DNA of 62,427 bases, the filler included, from Nemertoderma westbladi (lineage: Eukaryota; Animalia; Xenacoelomorpha), in NCBI GenBank assembly GCA_032718475.1. It is 3 parts of 3 records of this genome, joined end to end, with 100 filler letters (N's around TTAATTAATTAA, not from the genome) between each part and the next. Parts side by side here need not be neighbours in the genome. Positions count along the whole stretch, not along the records: positions 18,293 to 47,849 come from JAUCBJ010005730.1; positions 47,950 to 62,427 come from JAUCBJ010005453.1; 1 more part is not named here. The stretch is one strand, 5' to 3'. Within the stretch, counting starts at the first letter, position 1, and each line of letters begins with the position of its first letter. The notes beneath the pieces are model-generated. The model saw only the letters and a list, made by a program, of their open reading frames with translations, had not been told where the DNA came from and searched no databases. Shown here piece by piece: positions 35,577 to 48,165 of the stretch. The position numbers and the translations under genes are program-made.

Positions 35577-36512
35577 CAAACCTTCATTCATTTAGTTATT
35601 TCGTGAGAGGAAGACACAGACCTGTGGAATAATTTTCTTTCTAAATATGGATGTTTATGTGGCTTCTGAATGATCAATGCCGCGGACAATGACAAACTTT
35701 GAGTTTGGGCAATACAATGGAGCTTTTACATCATCTGTAATATTGTTTAAACAATGATTTAGATGCCGAATTTACGGCGACCGACATTGGTCTGGCTTTA
35801 CTATCTGCGAAGCTACTGTATGTAGCTGGTTACCGCCCTACTATTTGCGAAGCTAGTCTGGCTACCGCCCTTGATTGAATTGGAAGAGCTTTTTTTTAAT
35901 ATGCATACAATTTTGAACTTAGCGAAATATTGTATCGTTATTAAACGTCTGGTGTCATTCATACCTTTTTTACAATAAAATACAGCTTATTGTATATGTA
36001 TAGATTTGATTAGAATTATTAGTTTGGTGACAGGACACGCACGCTACGAGATATAAGAGCACGACATAGCATGGGTGGGTTTGGCATGGCATGCCACGCT
36101 ATAAAACGTTCCGTCATAGCATGTCAGCACATCATGGAATGTCATGGCAATATAATGGTACATTATAACACGCTAGTGGATGGCATGGCATGTCACTTTA
36201 TTGTATCTACTTGCCATTCTACGCCACAGCATTATAGCATGTCATGGGGTAATACGGTGTAGTTATCCACCTGATGTGGTCGTATCTCCTGATAATATTC
36301 TGCTACATTGCACATGGGTTCGTAGGTCTAGTGAAGAGAAGATCTCAGAATTCACAAAAGGAAAGCTTGGTCTGCCATCCACCAGCTATCCAGAATATGG
36401 AAGAGCTGTGATATCACATGCTTTTTAAAAGTATGCCTTTTCCGTGCAGCAGTGGAGCGTGCTGCTTTATGACAGCATATATATGTTGGGCTCTATGCTG
36501 CTGAAGACAATA

Positions 36513-38995
36513 ACGCCGTCTTAAGGCAAAATACCCTATCTCCAAAAATCGTGTTTTGAGTAATTTAACGAAACGCGTTCTCTTCTACAAGTATGTTATA
36601 CAGCTACCTGGATACCAGAATTGGAATTGCAAGTCACCCAAATATACTAACTTAGAATTTCAAATGCGAGATACACAACTTTTGTGATTTGGGAGCTTAA
36701 AAAATGCTGAAAATGATTTTATAGGGTGTTTTGCCTCGAAAATGTTGGCGACAAATGAAACTGAACGCTGATATAGGGTGTTTTGCATCTTGTCATCAAG
36801 AGTTGGTATCAAATAGTTTAATATCCTCAAATAATAATACTGCAGGGTGGAAATTATACTTGGAATTTTGTAGTTAAGGGTTGGGTTTTGGTAAATAATG
36901 CAAATATAATTCAAAAACATGAGATAAACAGCTGATAATTTCTGTATAATTGGTTGCCTGGTAACGTCATCATGGTTACCATTCCATGAATATAAAGTAC
37001 TCAAACTAAACTCTGGGCAATCGATTATAGTTACATATTTTGTCCGTAAAATTATAGAAATATTCTAGCTAGCTACTGTATAACCATGTGACCAGTTTTC
37101 CAAAACCTAGTCCGCCAAAATCAAACTCAGTCTACTTTGCCTTGTAGTGCAGTCATTCATTATTTACATGTTCAGTTCACCATCACACTTTAACTAACGA
37201 ATTCCAAAAACCAATTATATTTCTTGGAATTATTCGCCAAAGTCGTTGAATCAATTCATTGACTCTGTCTATGGGAACTCCTTTGGGTTGAGCCATGCTG
37301 GACGTGGGATGCCCATAGTGGCATTGCGCTTCAATAAGTTGACTCCCCACAGCCACATATCCTCCCCACAGCCACATCCTCCCCACACAGCCACATATCT
37401 TCCCCAGCCACATATCCTCCCCACAAAGCCACATATCCTCCCCACACAGCCACATATCTTCCCCACAGCCACATATCCTCCCCACAGCCACATATCCTCC
37501 CCACACAGCCACATATCCTCCCCACATAGCCATATATCTTCCCCACACAGCCACATATCCTCCCCACAGCCACATATCCTCCCCACACAGCCACATATCC
37601 TCCCCACACAGCCACATATCCTCCCCACAGCCACATATCCTCCCCACACAGCCACATATCCTCCCCACAGCCACATATCCTCCCCACACAGCCACATATC
37701 CTCCCCACATAGCCACATATCTTCCCCACACAGCCACATATCCTCCCCACAGCCACATATCCTCCCCACACAGCCACATATCCTCCCCACACAGCCACAT
37801 ATCCTCCCCACACAGCCACATATCCTCCCCACAGCCACATATCCTCCCCACACAGCCACATATCCTCCCCACACAGCCACATATCTTCCCCAGCCACATA
37901 TCCTCCCCACACAGCCACATATCCTCCCCACAGCCACATATCCTCCCCACACAGCCACATATCCTCCCCACAGCCACATATCCTCCCCACAGCCACATAT
38001 CCTCCCCACACAGCCACATATCCTCCCCACACAGCCACATATCCTCCCCACACAGCCACATATCCTCCCCACAGCCACATATCCTCCCCACACAGCCACA
38101 TATCCTCCCCACACAGCCACATATCCTCCCCACAGCCACATATCCTCCCCACACAGCCACATATCCTCCCCACACAGCCACATATCCTTCCCCAGCCACA
38201 TATCCTCCCCACAAAGCCACATATCCTCCCCACAGCCACATATCCTCCCCACACAGCCATATATCCTCCCCACAGCCACATATCCTCCCCACACAGCCAC
38301 ATATCCTCCCCACACAGCCACATATCCTCCCCACAGCCACATATCCTCCCCACACAGCCACATATCCTCCCCCAGCCCATATCCCCCCCAGCCACATATC
38401 TCTCCCCACAGCCACATATCCTCCCCACACAGCCACATATCCTCCCCACAGCCACATATCCTCCCCACACAGCCACATATCCTCCCCACAGTCCGCCGTC
38501 ACCGATATGCCTCATCCAAGTTGAAGCCGTAAACGGGTCTTCCAGTTCCATTGGCTTTGTATATTCCTAATCGACTGAATTGAGATTCTAGAGAGTCAGT
38601 AGTAAGTATAAAATCTTTCCTAGGGTATTTTGCCCACATGTAAATGCGAACAAACTGAAATTCCCGCCAATATCTAAGCATAAGTAATAGGAAATAACAC
38701 TATTATAAGTTTTCTAAGGAAAAACACCCTACCGTTAAAATGTAAGGTAAACTGAATAAAAGTGTTACTAAGGCAAAATATGTACCAGATTTTAGATGTA
38801 GGGTGTTTTGCCTTTAAATGACAGGGCTGAGGATCAAGCATAGGGTGTTTTAAACTCGCAAAATATGACTTTCTTGCATATAAACCATGGTATTTCTTGG
38901 TTTCATTTGAAAGAGCGCCTTAAATTAGGCCGGTCTGTACAATAAAAAAAAATTTCAAAAATTTTGAGATAGGGCATTCTGCCTTAAGACGACAG
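36513..38995. mobile_element. Non-autonomous Sola1-like DNA transposon B (28 bp imperfect TIR, TSD AATA), inverted relative to A
   Basis: AATA|ACGCCGTCTTAAGGCAAAATACCCTATC ... GATAGGGCATTCTGCCTTAAGACGACAG|AATA; subterminal regions homologous to element A (CCCTATCTCAAAATTTT, CGCTCTTT..ATGAAAC.AAGAAA, AAACGCGTT). Confidence 0.8.
37345..38490. repeat. 19/21 bp minisatellite inside element B
   Basis: Interspersed units CCCCACAGCCACATATCCT and CCCCACACAGCCACATATCCT. Confidence 0.95.
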
Positions 38996-39388
38996 AATAG
39001 GACTGTGTGGATGGTACAAATACAAGGATGGTGCGTAGGGTACATAACATAGTCTATGATGCACACATACTGTATAGGCAATGAGGTGTTATACAACTAT
39101 GGAAACATACGATTGCCAGGACCCAGCATCACTCTGCAGAGACCACCTAAAGCAATTCAAGAAAACATTAGAAATTTATATTGTTACAATCAGAGTACCA
39201 CATGATATTTTTTTTTGTAAATTGCTCACAGAAAATAGTCAAACGAAAATAGAAATAGTAAAGACCAGTTGGAGGAAAGGTTTATCCCCCAATTCATCCT
39301 ATAGCTTCACTGTAAACCATTATAGTTAAGACAGCCTATATGTGGCCAAAGTTGGTTCTTCCTGACCAACTACTGAATGGGAACAGAC

Positions 39389-39439
39389 TATTCTGAACAA
39401 AGCAACCGCACGTACAGTGCGGTTGCTTTGTTCAGAATA
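39389..39439. repeat. Perfect 23 bp-arm hairpin
   Basis: TATTCTGAACAAAGCAACCGCAC-GTACA-GTGCGGTTGCTTTGTTCAGAATA. Confidence 0.9.
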
Positions 39440-39977
39440 ATTAATAATTATATAAATATTGTTTATCATCCCCAATAGAATAATAAAGTTTGTCTCAATT
39501 GAAATTTAATAAAATCTGCACTGGCACATCCACACCACATCCTTATTGCTGTAATATAGGGTAGGGTGGGATATATTGAGATATAGGGAGGGAGGGAACT
39601 TGAATCAAATCTCATCGCGACGAATTAATATTTCGTCTCAATGTTAATTATCAATTAAGAGAAAAAACAGGTTACAGTGGCACTTTATTCTAACTAAAAC
39701 AAAGTAAGCAAATAATACAGGTTTTTGGGAGTAGTCAGCTGTTATTTGCGTCGAATTTCCCCAAGAGGGGGATGAATTTTGGAGACAAGGGGTGGGGGGG
39801 GGGGGGGGGTGGGGAACTCAAAGCAAAACCCGCCTTAGCGAATTAATATCCCACCTCAATGTTAAATTCTCAATTTGGGAAAGGAGCAGCTTACAGTGGC
39901 ACGATATTTTAACCAAAACAATAAACTAAACACAATAGAACAGGTTATAGTTTTATTTTTTGAGAGTAAGCAGCTGT

Positions 39978-42900
39978 TATTTGCGTCCAGTTTCCCCTGG
40001 AGAGGGATGGATTTTTATTGCGTCCAGTTTCCCCTGGAGAGGAATGGATTTTTATTGCGTCCAGTTTCCCCTGGAGAGGAATGGTATTTTTATTGCGTCC
40101 AGTTTCCCCTGGAGAGGAATGGATTTTTATTGCGTCCAGTTTCCCCTGGAGAGGAATGGATTTTTATTGCGTCCAGTTTCCCCTGGAGAGGAATGATTTT
40201 TATTGCGTCCAGTTTCCCTGGAGAGGGATGGATTTTTATTGCGTCCAGTTTCCCCTGGAGAGGAATGGATTTTTATTGCGTCCAGTTTCCCCTGGAGAGG
40301 GATGGATTTTTATTGCGTCCAGTTTCCCCTGGAGAGGATGGATTTTTATTGCGTCCAGTTTCCCCTGGAGAGGGATGGATTTTTATTGCGTCCAGTTTCC
40401 CCTGGAGAGGAATGGATTTTTATTGCGTCCAGTTTCCCCCGGAGAGGGATGGATTTTTATTGCGTCCAGTTTCCCCTGGAGAGGAATGGATTTTTATTGC
40501 GTCCAGTTTCCCCTGGAGAGGAATGGATTTTTATTGCGTCCAGTTTCCCCTGGAGAGGGATGGATTTTTATTGCGTCCAGTTTCCCCTGGAGAGGAATGG
40601 ATTTTTATTGCGTCCATTTCCCGGAGAGGATGGATTTTTATTGCGTCCAGTTTCCCCTGGAGAGGAATGGATTTTTATTGCGTCCAGTTTCCCCTGGAGA
40701 GGAATGGATTTTTATTGCGTCCAGTTTCCCCTGGAGAGGAATGGATTTTTATTGCGTCCAGTTTCCCCTGGAGAGGAATGGATTTTTATTGCGTCCAGTT
40801 TCCCCTGGAGAGGAATGGATTTTTATTGCGTCCAGTTTCCCCTGGAGAGGAATGGATTTTTATTGCGTCCAGTTTCCCCTGGAGAGGAATGGATTTTTAT
40901 TGCGTCCAGTTTCCCCTGGAGAGGAATGGATTTTTATTGCGTCCAGTTTCCCCTGGAGAGGAATGGATTTTTATTGCGTCCAGTTTCCCCTGGAGAGGAA
41001 TGGATTTTTATTGCGTCCAGTTTCCCCTGGAGAGGAATGGATTTTTATTGCGTCCAGTTTCCCCTGGAGAGGAATGGATTTTTATTGCGTCCAGTTTCCC
41101 CTGGAGAGGAATGGATTTTTATTGCGTCCAGTTTCCCCTGGAGAGGAATGGATTTTTATTGCGTCCAGTTTCCCCTGGAGAGGAATGGATTTTTATTGCG
41201 TCCAGTTTCCCCTGGAGAGGAATGGATTTTTATTGCGTCCAGTTTCCCCTGGAGAGGAATGGATTTTTATTGCGTCCAGTTTCCCCTGGAGAGGAATGGA
41301 TTTTTATTGCGTCCAGTTTCCCCTGGAGAGGAATGGATTTTTATTGCGTCCAGTTTCCCCTGGAGAGGAATGGATTTTTATTGCGTCCAGTTTCCCCTGG
41401 AGAGGAATGGATTTTTATTGCGTCCAGTTTCCCCTGGAGAGGAATGGATTTTTATTGCGTCCAGTTTCCCCTGGAGAGGAATGGATTTTTATTGCGTCCA
41501 GTTTCCCCTGGAGAGGAATGGATTTTTATTGCGTCCAGTTTCCCCTGGAGAGGAATGGATTTTTATTGCGTCCAGTTTCCCCTGGAGAGGAATGGATTTT
41601 TATTGCGTCCAGTTTCCCCTGGAGAGGAATGGATTTTTATTGCGTCCAGTTTCCCCTGGAGAGGAATGGATTTTTATTGCGTCCAGTTTCCCCTGGAGAG
41701 GAATGGATTTTTATTGCGTCCAGTTTCCCCTGGAGAGGAATGGATTTTTATTGCGTCCAGTTTCCCCTGGAGAGGAATGGATTTTTATTGCGTCCAGTTT
41801 CCCCTGGAGAGGAATGGATTTTTATTGCGTCCAGTTTCCCCTGGAGAGGAATGGATTTTTATTGCGTCCAGTTTCCCCTGGAGAGGAATGGATTTTTATT
41901 GCGTCCAGTTTCCCCTGGAGAGGAATGGATTTTTATTGCGTCCAGTTTCCCCTGGAGAGGAATGGATTTTTATTGCGTCCAGTTTCCCCTGGAGAGGAAT
42001 GGATTTTTATTGCGTCCAGTTTCCCCTGGAGAGGAATGGATTTTTATTGCGTCCAGTTTCCCCTGGAGAGGAATGGATTTTTATTGCGTCCAGTTTCCCC
42101 TGGAGAGGAATGGATTTTTATTGCGTCCAGTTTCCCCTGGAGAGGAATGGATTTTTATTGCGTCCAGTTTCCCCTGGAGAGGAATGGATTTTTATTGCGT
42201 CCAGTTTCCCCTGGAGAGGAATGGATTTTTATTGCGTCCAGTTTCCCCTGGAGAGGAATGGATTTTTATTGCGTCCAGTTTCCCCTGGAGAGGAATGGAT
42301 TTTTATTGCGTCCAGTTTCCCCTGGAGAGGAATGGATTTTTATTGCGTCCAGTTTCCCCTGGAGAGGAATGGATTTTTATTGCGTCCAGTTTCCCCTGGA
42401 GAGGAATGGATTTTTATTGCGTCCAGTTTCCCCTGGAGAGGAATGGATTTTTATTGCGTCCAGTTTCCCCTGGAGAGGAATGGATTTTTATTGCGTCCAG
42501 TTTCCCCTGGAGAGGAATGGATTTTTATTGCGTCCAGTTTCCCCTGGAGAGGAATGGATTTTTATTGCGTCCAGTTTCCCCTGGAGAGGAATGGATTTTT
42601 ATTGCGTCCAGTTTCCCCTGGAGAGGAATGGATTTTTATTGCGTCCAGTTTCCCCTGGAGAGGAATGGATTTTTATTGCGTCCAGTTTCCCCTGGAGAGG
42701 AATGGATTTTTATTGCGTCCAGTTTCCCCTGGAGAGGAATGGATTTTTATTGCGTCCAGTTTCCCCTGGAGAGGAATGGATTTTTATTGCGTCCAGTTTC
42801 CCCTGGAGAGGAATGGATTTTTATTGCGTCCAGTTTCCCCTGGAGAGGAATGGATTTTTATTGCGTCCAGTTTCCCCTGGAGAGGAATGGATTTTTATTG

Positions 42901-45900
42901 CGTCCAGTTTCCCCTGGAGAGGAATGGATTTTTATTGCGTCCAGTTTCCCCTGGAGAGGAATGGATTTTTATTGCGTCCAGTTTCCCCTGGAGAGGAATG
43001 GATTTTTATTGCGTCCAGTTTCCCCTGGAGAGGAATGGATTTTTATTGCGTCCAGTTTCCCCTGGAGAGGAATGGATTTTTATTGCGTCCAGTTTCCCCT
43101 GGAGAGGAATGGATTTTTATTGCGTCCAGTTTCCCCTGGAGAGGAATGGATTTTTATTGCGTCCAGTTTCCCCTGGAGAGGAATGGATTTTTATTGCGTC
43201 CAGTTTCCCCTGGAGAGGAATGGATTTTTATTGCGTCCAGTTTCCCCTGGAGAGGAATGGATTTTTATTGCGTCCAGTTTCCCCTGGAGAGGAATGGATT
43301 TTTATTGCGTCCAGTTTCCCCTGGAGAGGAATGGATTTTTATTGCGTCCAGTTTCCCCTGGAGAGGAATGGATTTTTATTGCGTCCAGTTTCCCCTGGAG
43401 AGGAATGGATTTTTATTGCGTCCAGTTTCCCCTGGAGAGGAATGGATTTTTATTGCGTCCAGTTTCCCCTGGAGAGGAATGGATTTTTATTGCGTCCAGT
43501 TTCCCCTGGAGAGGAATGGATTTTTATTGCGTCCAGTTTCCCCTGGAGAGGAATGGATTTTTATTGCGTCCAGTTTCCCCTGGAGAGGAATGGATTTTTA
43601 TTGCGTCCAGTTTCCCCTGGAGAGGAATGGATTTTTATTGCGTCCAGTTTCCCCTGGAGAGGAATGGATTTTTATTGCGTCCAGTTTCCCCTGGAGAGGA
43701 ATGGATTTTTATTGCGTCCAGTTTCCCCTGGAGAGGAATGGATTTTTATTGCGTCCAGTTTCCCCTGGAGAGGAATGGATTTTTATTGCGTCCAGTTTCC
43801 CCTGGAGAGGAATGGATTTTTATTGCGTCCAGTTTCCCCTGGAGAGGAATGGATTTTTATTGCGTCCAGTTTCCCCTGGAGAGGAATGGATTTTTATTGC
43901 GTCCAGTTTCCCCTGGAGAGGAATGGATTTTTATTGCGTCCAGTTTCCCCTGGAGAGGAATGGATTTTTATTGCGTCCAGTTTCCCCTGGAGAGGAATGG
44001 ATTTTTATTGCGTCCAGTTTCCCCTGGAGAGGAATGGATTTTTATTGCGTCCAGTTTCCCCTGGAGAGGAATGGATTTTTATTGCGTCCAGTTTCCCCTG
44101 GAGAGGAATGGATTTTTATTGCGTCCAGTTTCCCCTGGAGAGGAATGGATTTTTATTGCGTCCAGTTTCCCCTGGAGAGGAATGGATTTTTATTGCGTCC
44201 AGTTTCCCCTGGAGAGGAATGGATTTTTATTGCGTCCAGTTTCCCCTGGAGAGGAATGGATTTTTATTGCGTCCAGTTTCCCCTGGAGAGGAATGGATTT
44301 TTATTGCGTCCAGTTTCCCCTGGAGAGGAATGGATTTTTATTGCGTCCAGTTTCCCCTGGAGAGGAATGGATTTTTATTGCGTCCAGTTTCCCCTGGAGA
44401 GGAATGGATTTTTATTGCGTCCAGTTTCCCCTGGAGAGGAATGGATTTTTATTGCGTCCAGTTTCCCCTGGAGAGGAATGGATTTTTATTGCGTCCAGTT
44501 TCCCCTGGAGAGGAATGGATTTTTATTGCGTCCAGTTTCCCCTGGAGAGGAATGGATTTTTATTGCGTCCAGTTTCCCCTGGAGAGGAATGGATTTTTAT
44601 TGCGTCCAGTTTCCCCTGGAGAGGAATGGATTTTTATTGCGTCCAGTTTCCCCTGGAGAGGAATGGATTTTTATTGCGTCCAGTTTCCCCTGGAGAGGAA
44701 TGGATTTTTATTGCGTCCAGTTTCCCCTGGAGAGGAATGGATTTTTATTGCGTCCAGTTTCCCCTGGAGAGGAATGGATTTTTATTGCGTCCAGTTTCCC
44801 CTGGAGAGGAATGGATTTTTATTGCGTCCAGTTTCCCCTGGAGAGGAATGGATTTTTATTGCGTCCAGTTTCCCCTGGAGAGGAATGGATTTTTATTGCG
44901 TCCAGTTTCCCCTGGAGAGGAATGGATTTTTATTGCGTCCAGTTTCCCCTGGAGAGGAATGGATTTTTATTGCGTCCAGTTTCCCCTGGAGAGGAATGGA
45001 TTTTTATTGCGTCCAGTTTCCCCTGGAGAGGAATGGATTTTTATTGCGTCCAGTTTCCCCTGGAGAGGAATGGATTTTTATTGCGTCCAGTTTCCCCTGG
45101 AGAGGGATGGATTTTTATTGCGTCCAGTTTCCCCTGGAGAGGGATGGATTTTTATTGCGTCCAGTTTCCCCTGGAGAGGAATGGATTTTTATTGCGTCCA
45201 GTTTCCCCTGGAGAGGAATGGATTTTTATTGCGTCCAGTTTCCCCTGGAGAGGAATGGATTTTTATTGCGTCCAGTTTCCCCTGGAGAGGAATGGATTTT
45301 TATTGCGTCCAGTTTCCCCTGGAGAGGAATGGATTTTTATTGCGTCCAGTTTCCCCTGGAGAGGAATGGATTTTTATTGCGTCCAGTTTCCCCTGGAGAG
45401 GAATGGATTTTTATTGCGTCCAGTTTCCCCTGGAGAGGAATGGATTTTTATTGCGTCCAGTTTCCCCTGGAGAGGAATGGATTTTTATTGCGTCCAGTTT
45501 CCCCTGGAGAGGAATGGATTTTTATTGCGTCCAGTTTCCCCTGGAGAGGAATGGATTTTTATTGCGTCCAGTTTCCCCTGGAGAGGAATGGATTTTTATT
45601 GCGTCCAGTTTCCCCTGGAGAGGAATGGATTTTTATTGCGTCCAGTTTCCCCTGGAGAGGAATGGATTTTTATTGCGTCCAGTTTCCCCTGGAGAGGAAT
45701 GGATTTTTATTGCGTCCAGTTTCCCCTGGAGAGGAATGGATTTTTATTGCGTCCAGTTTCCCCTGGAGAGGAATGGATTTTTATTGCGTCCAGTTTCCCC
45801 TGGAGAGGAATGGATTTTTATTGCGTCCAGTTTCCCCTGGAGAGGAATGGATTTTTATTGCGTCCAGTTTCCCCTGGAGAGGAATGGATTTTTATTGCGT

Positions 45901-47849
45901 CCAGTTTCCCCTGGAGAGGAATGGATTTTTATTGCGTCCAGTTTCCCCTGGAGAGGAATGGATTTTTATTGCGTCCAGTTTCCCCTGGAGAGGAATGGAT
46001 TTTTATTGCGTCCAGTTTCCCCTGGAGAGGAATGGATTTTTATTGCGTCCAGTTTCCCCTGGAGAGGAATGGATTTTTATTGCGTCCAGTTTCCCCTGGA
46101 GAGGAATGGATTTTTATTGCGTCCAGTTTCCCCTGGAGAGGAATGGATTTTTATTGCGTCCAGTTTCCCCTGGAGAGGAATGGATTTTTATTGCGTCCAG
46201 TTTCCCCTGGAGAGGAATGGATTTTTATTGCGTCCAGTTTCCCCTGGAGAGGAATGGATTTTTATTGCGTCCAGTTTCCCCTGGAGAGGAATGGATTTTT
46301 ATTGCGTCCAGTTTCCCCTGGAGAGGAATGGATTTTTATTGCGTCCAGTTTCCCCTGGAGAGGAATGGATTTTTATTGCGTCCAGTTTCCCCTGGAGAGG
46401 AATGGATTTTTATTGCGTCCAGTTTCCCCTGGAGAGGAATGGATTTTTATTGCGTCCAGTTTCCCCTGGAGAGGAATGGATTTTTATTGCGTCCAGTTTC
46501 CCCTGGAGAGGAATGGATTTTTATTGCGTCCAGTTTCCCCTGGAGAGGAATGGATTTTTATTGCGTCCAGTTTCCCCTGGAGAGGAATGGATTTTTATTG
46601 CGTCCAGTTTCCCCTGGAGAGGAATGGATTTTTATTGCGTCCAGTTTCCCCTGGAGAGGAATGGATTTTTATTGCGTCCAGTTTCCCCTGGAGAGGAATG
46701 GATTTTTATTGCGTCCAGTTTCCCCTGGAGAGGAATGGATTTTTATTGCGTCCAGTTTCCCCTGGAGAGGAATGGATTTTTATTGCGTCCAGTTTCCCCT
46801 GGAGAGGAATGGATTTTTATTGCGTCCAGTTTCCCCTGGAGAGGAATGGATTTTTATTGCGTCCAGTTTCCCCTGGAGAGGAATGGATTTTTATTGCGTC
46901 CAGTTTCCCCTGGAGAGGAATGGATTTTTATTGCGTCCAGTTTCCCCTGGAGAGGAATGGATTTTTATTGCGTCCAGTTTCCCCTGGAGAGGAATGGATT
47001 TTTATTGCGTCCAGTTTCCCCTGGAGAGGAATGGATTTTTATTGCGTCCAGTTTCCCCTGGAGAGGAATGGATTTTTATTGCGTCCAGTTTCCCCTGGAG
47101 AGGAATGGATTTTTATTGCGTCCAGTTTCCCCTGGAGAGGAATGGATTTTTATTGCGTCCAGTTTCCCCTGGAGAGGAATGGATTTTTATTGCGTCCAGT
47201 TTCCCCTGGAGAGGAATGGATTTTTATTGCGTCCAGTTTCCCCTGGAGAGGAATGGATTTTTATTGCGTCCAGTTTCCCCTGGAGAGGAATGGATTTTTA
47301 TTGCGTCCAGTTTCCCCTGGAGAGGAATGGATTTTTATTGCGTCCAGTTTCCCCTGGAGAGGAATGGATTTTTATTGCGTCCAGTTTCCCCTGGAGAGGA
47401 ATGGATTTTTATTGCGTCCAGTTTCCCCTGGAGAGGAATGGATTTTTATTGCGTCCAGTTTCCCCTGGAGAGGAATGGATTTTTATTGCGTCCAGTTTCC
47501 CCTGGAGAGGAATGGATTTTTATTGCGTCCAGTTTCCCCTGGAGAGGAATGGATTTTTATTGCGTCCAGTTTCCCCTGGAGAGGAATGGATTTTTATTGC
47601 GTCCAGTTTCCCCTGGAGAGGAATGGATTTTTATTGCGTCCAGTTTCCCCTGGAGAGGAATGGATTTTTATTGCGTCCAGTTTCCCCTGGAGAGGAATGG
47701 ATTTTTATTGCGTCCAGTTTCCCCTGGAGAGGAATGGATTTTTATTGCGTCCAGTTTCCCCTGGAGAGGAATGGATTTTTATTGCGTCCAGTTTCCCCTG
47801 GAGAGGAATGGATTTTTATTGCGTCCAGTTTCCCCTGGAGAGGAATGGA
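39978..47849. repeat. Highly homogeneous 37 bp satellite (>200 units), running into the gap
   Basis: Unit TTTTATTGCGTCCAGTTTCCCCTGGAGAGGAATGGAT with an internal TCCAG/CTGGA hairpin; no spacers. Confidence 0.98.
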
Positions 47850-47949
47850 NNNNNNNNNNNNNNNNNNNNNNNNNNNNNNNNNNNNNNNNNNNNTTAATTA
47901 ATTAANNNNNNNNNNNNNNNNNNNNNNNNNNNNNNNNNNNNNNNNNNNN
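47850..47949. other. Artificial contig spacer
   Basis: N-run, TTAATTAATTAA, N-run. Confidence 0.98.
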
Positions 47950-48165
47950 GATTTATATTATCGTGTATAATTATTGTGAATATTTGGTGTATATTGATTT
48001 GGGGAAGCCCAAAATTATTCTTAATCAAGGTTCAACAGAGTTCAGTTACATTAAAGAGTATATCCAACTAATGCAGCTTTTCTCAACCGCAAACTTGCAT
48101 CTTAGAAATATTCCCTCCCCACAATCAATATCCGGTGACTGGCCGGGGCTCGGTGGTCTGTTAAG

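Noticed and set aside
37183-38551. Four 400+ aa repetitive ORFs
   Set aside because: Products of the 19/21 bp array; mixed unit lengths shift frame constantly.
39978-47849. CRISPR-like array (37 bp hairpin repeats)
   Set aside because: Units are head-to-tail with no unique spacers, there are no cas genes, and the context is eukaryotic.
39875-47905. Three overlapping 2,500+ aa ORFs
   Set aside because: Artefact of a stop-free 37 bp satellite read through all three frames; no protein signal.
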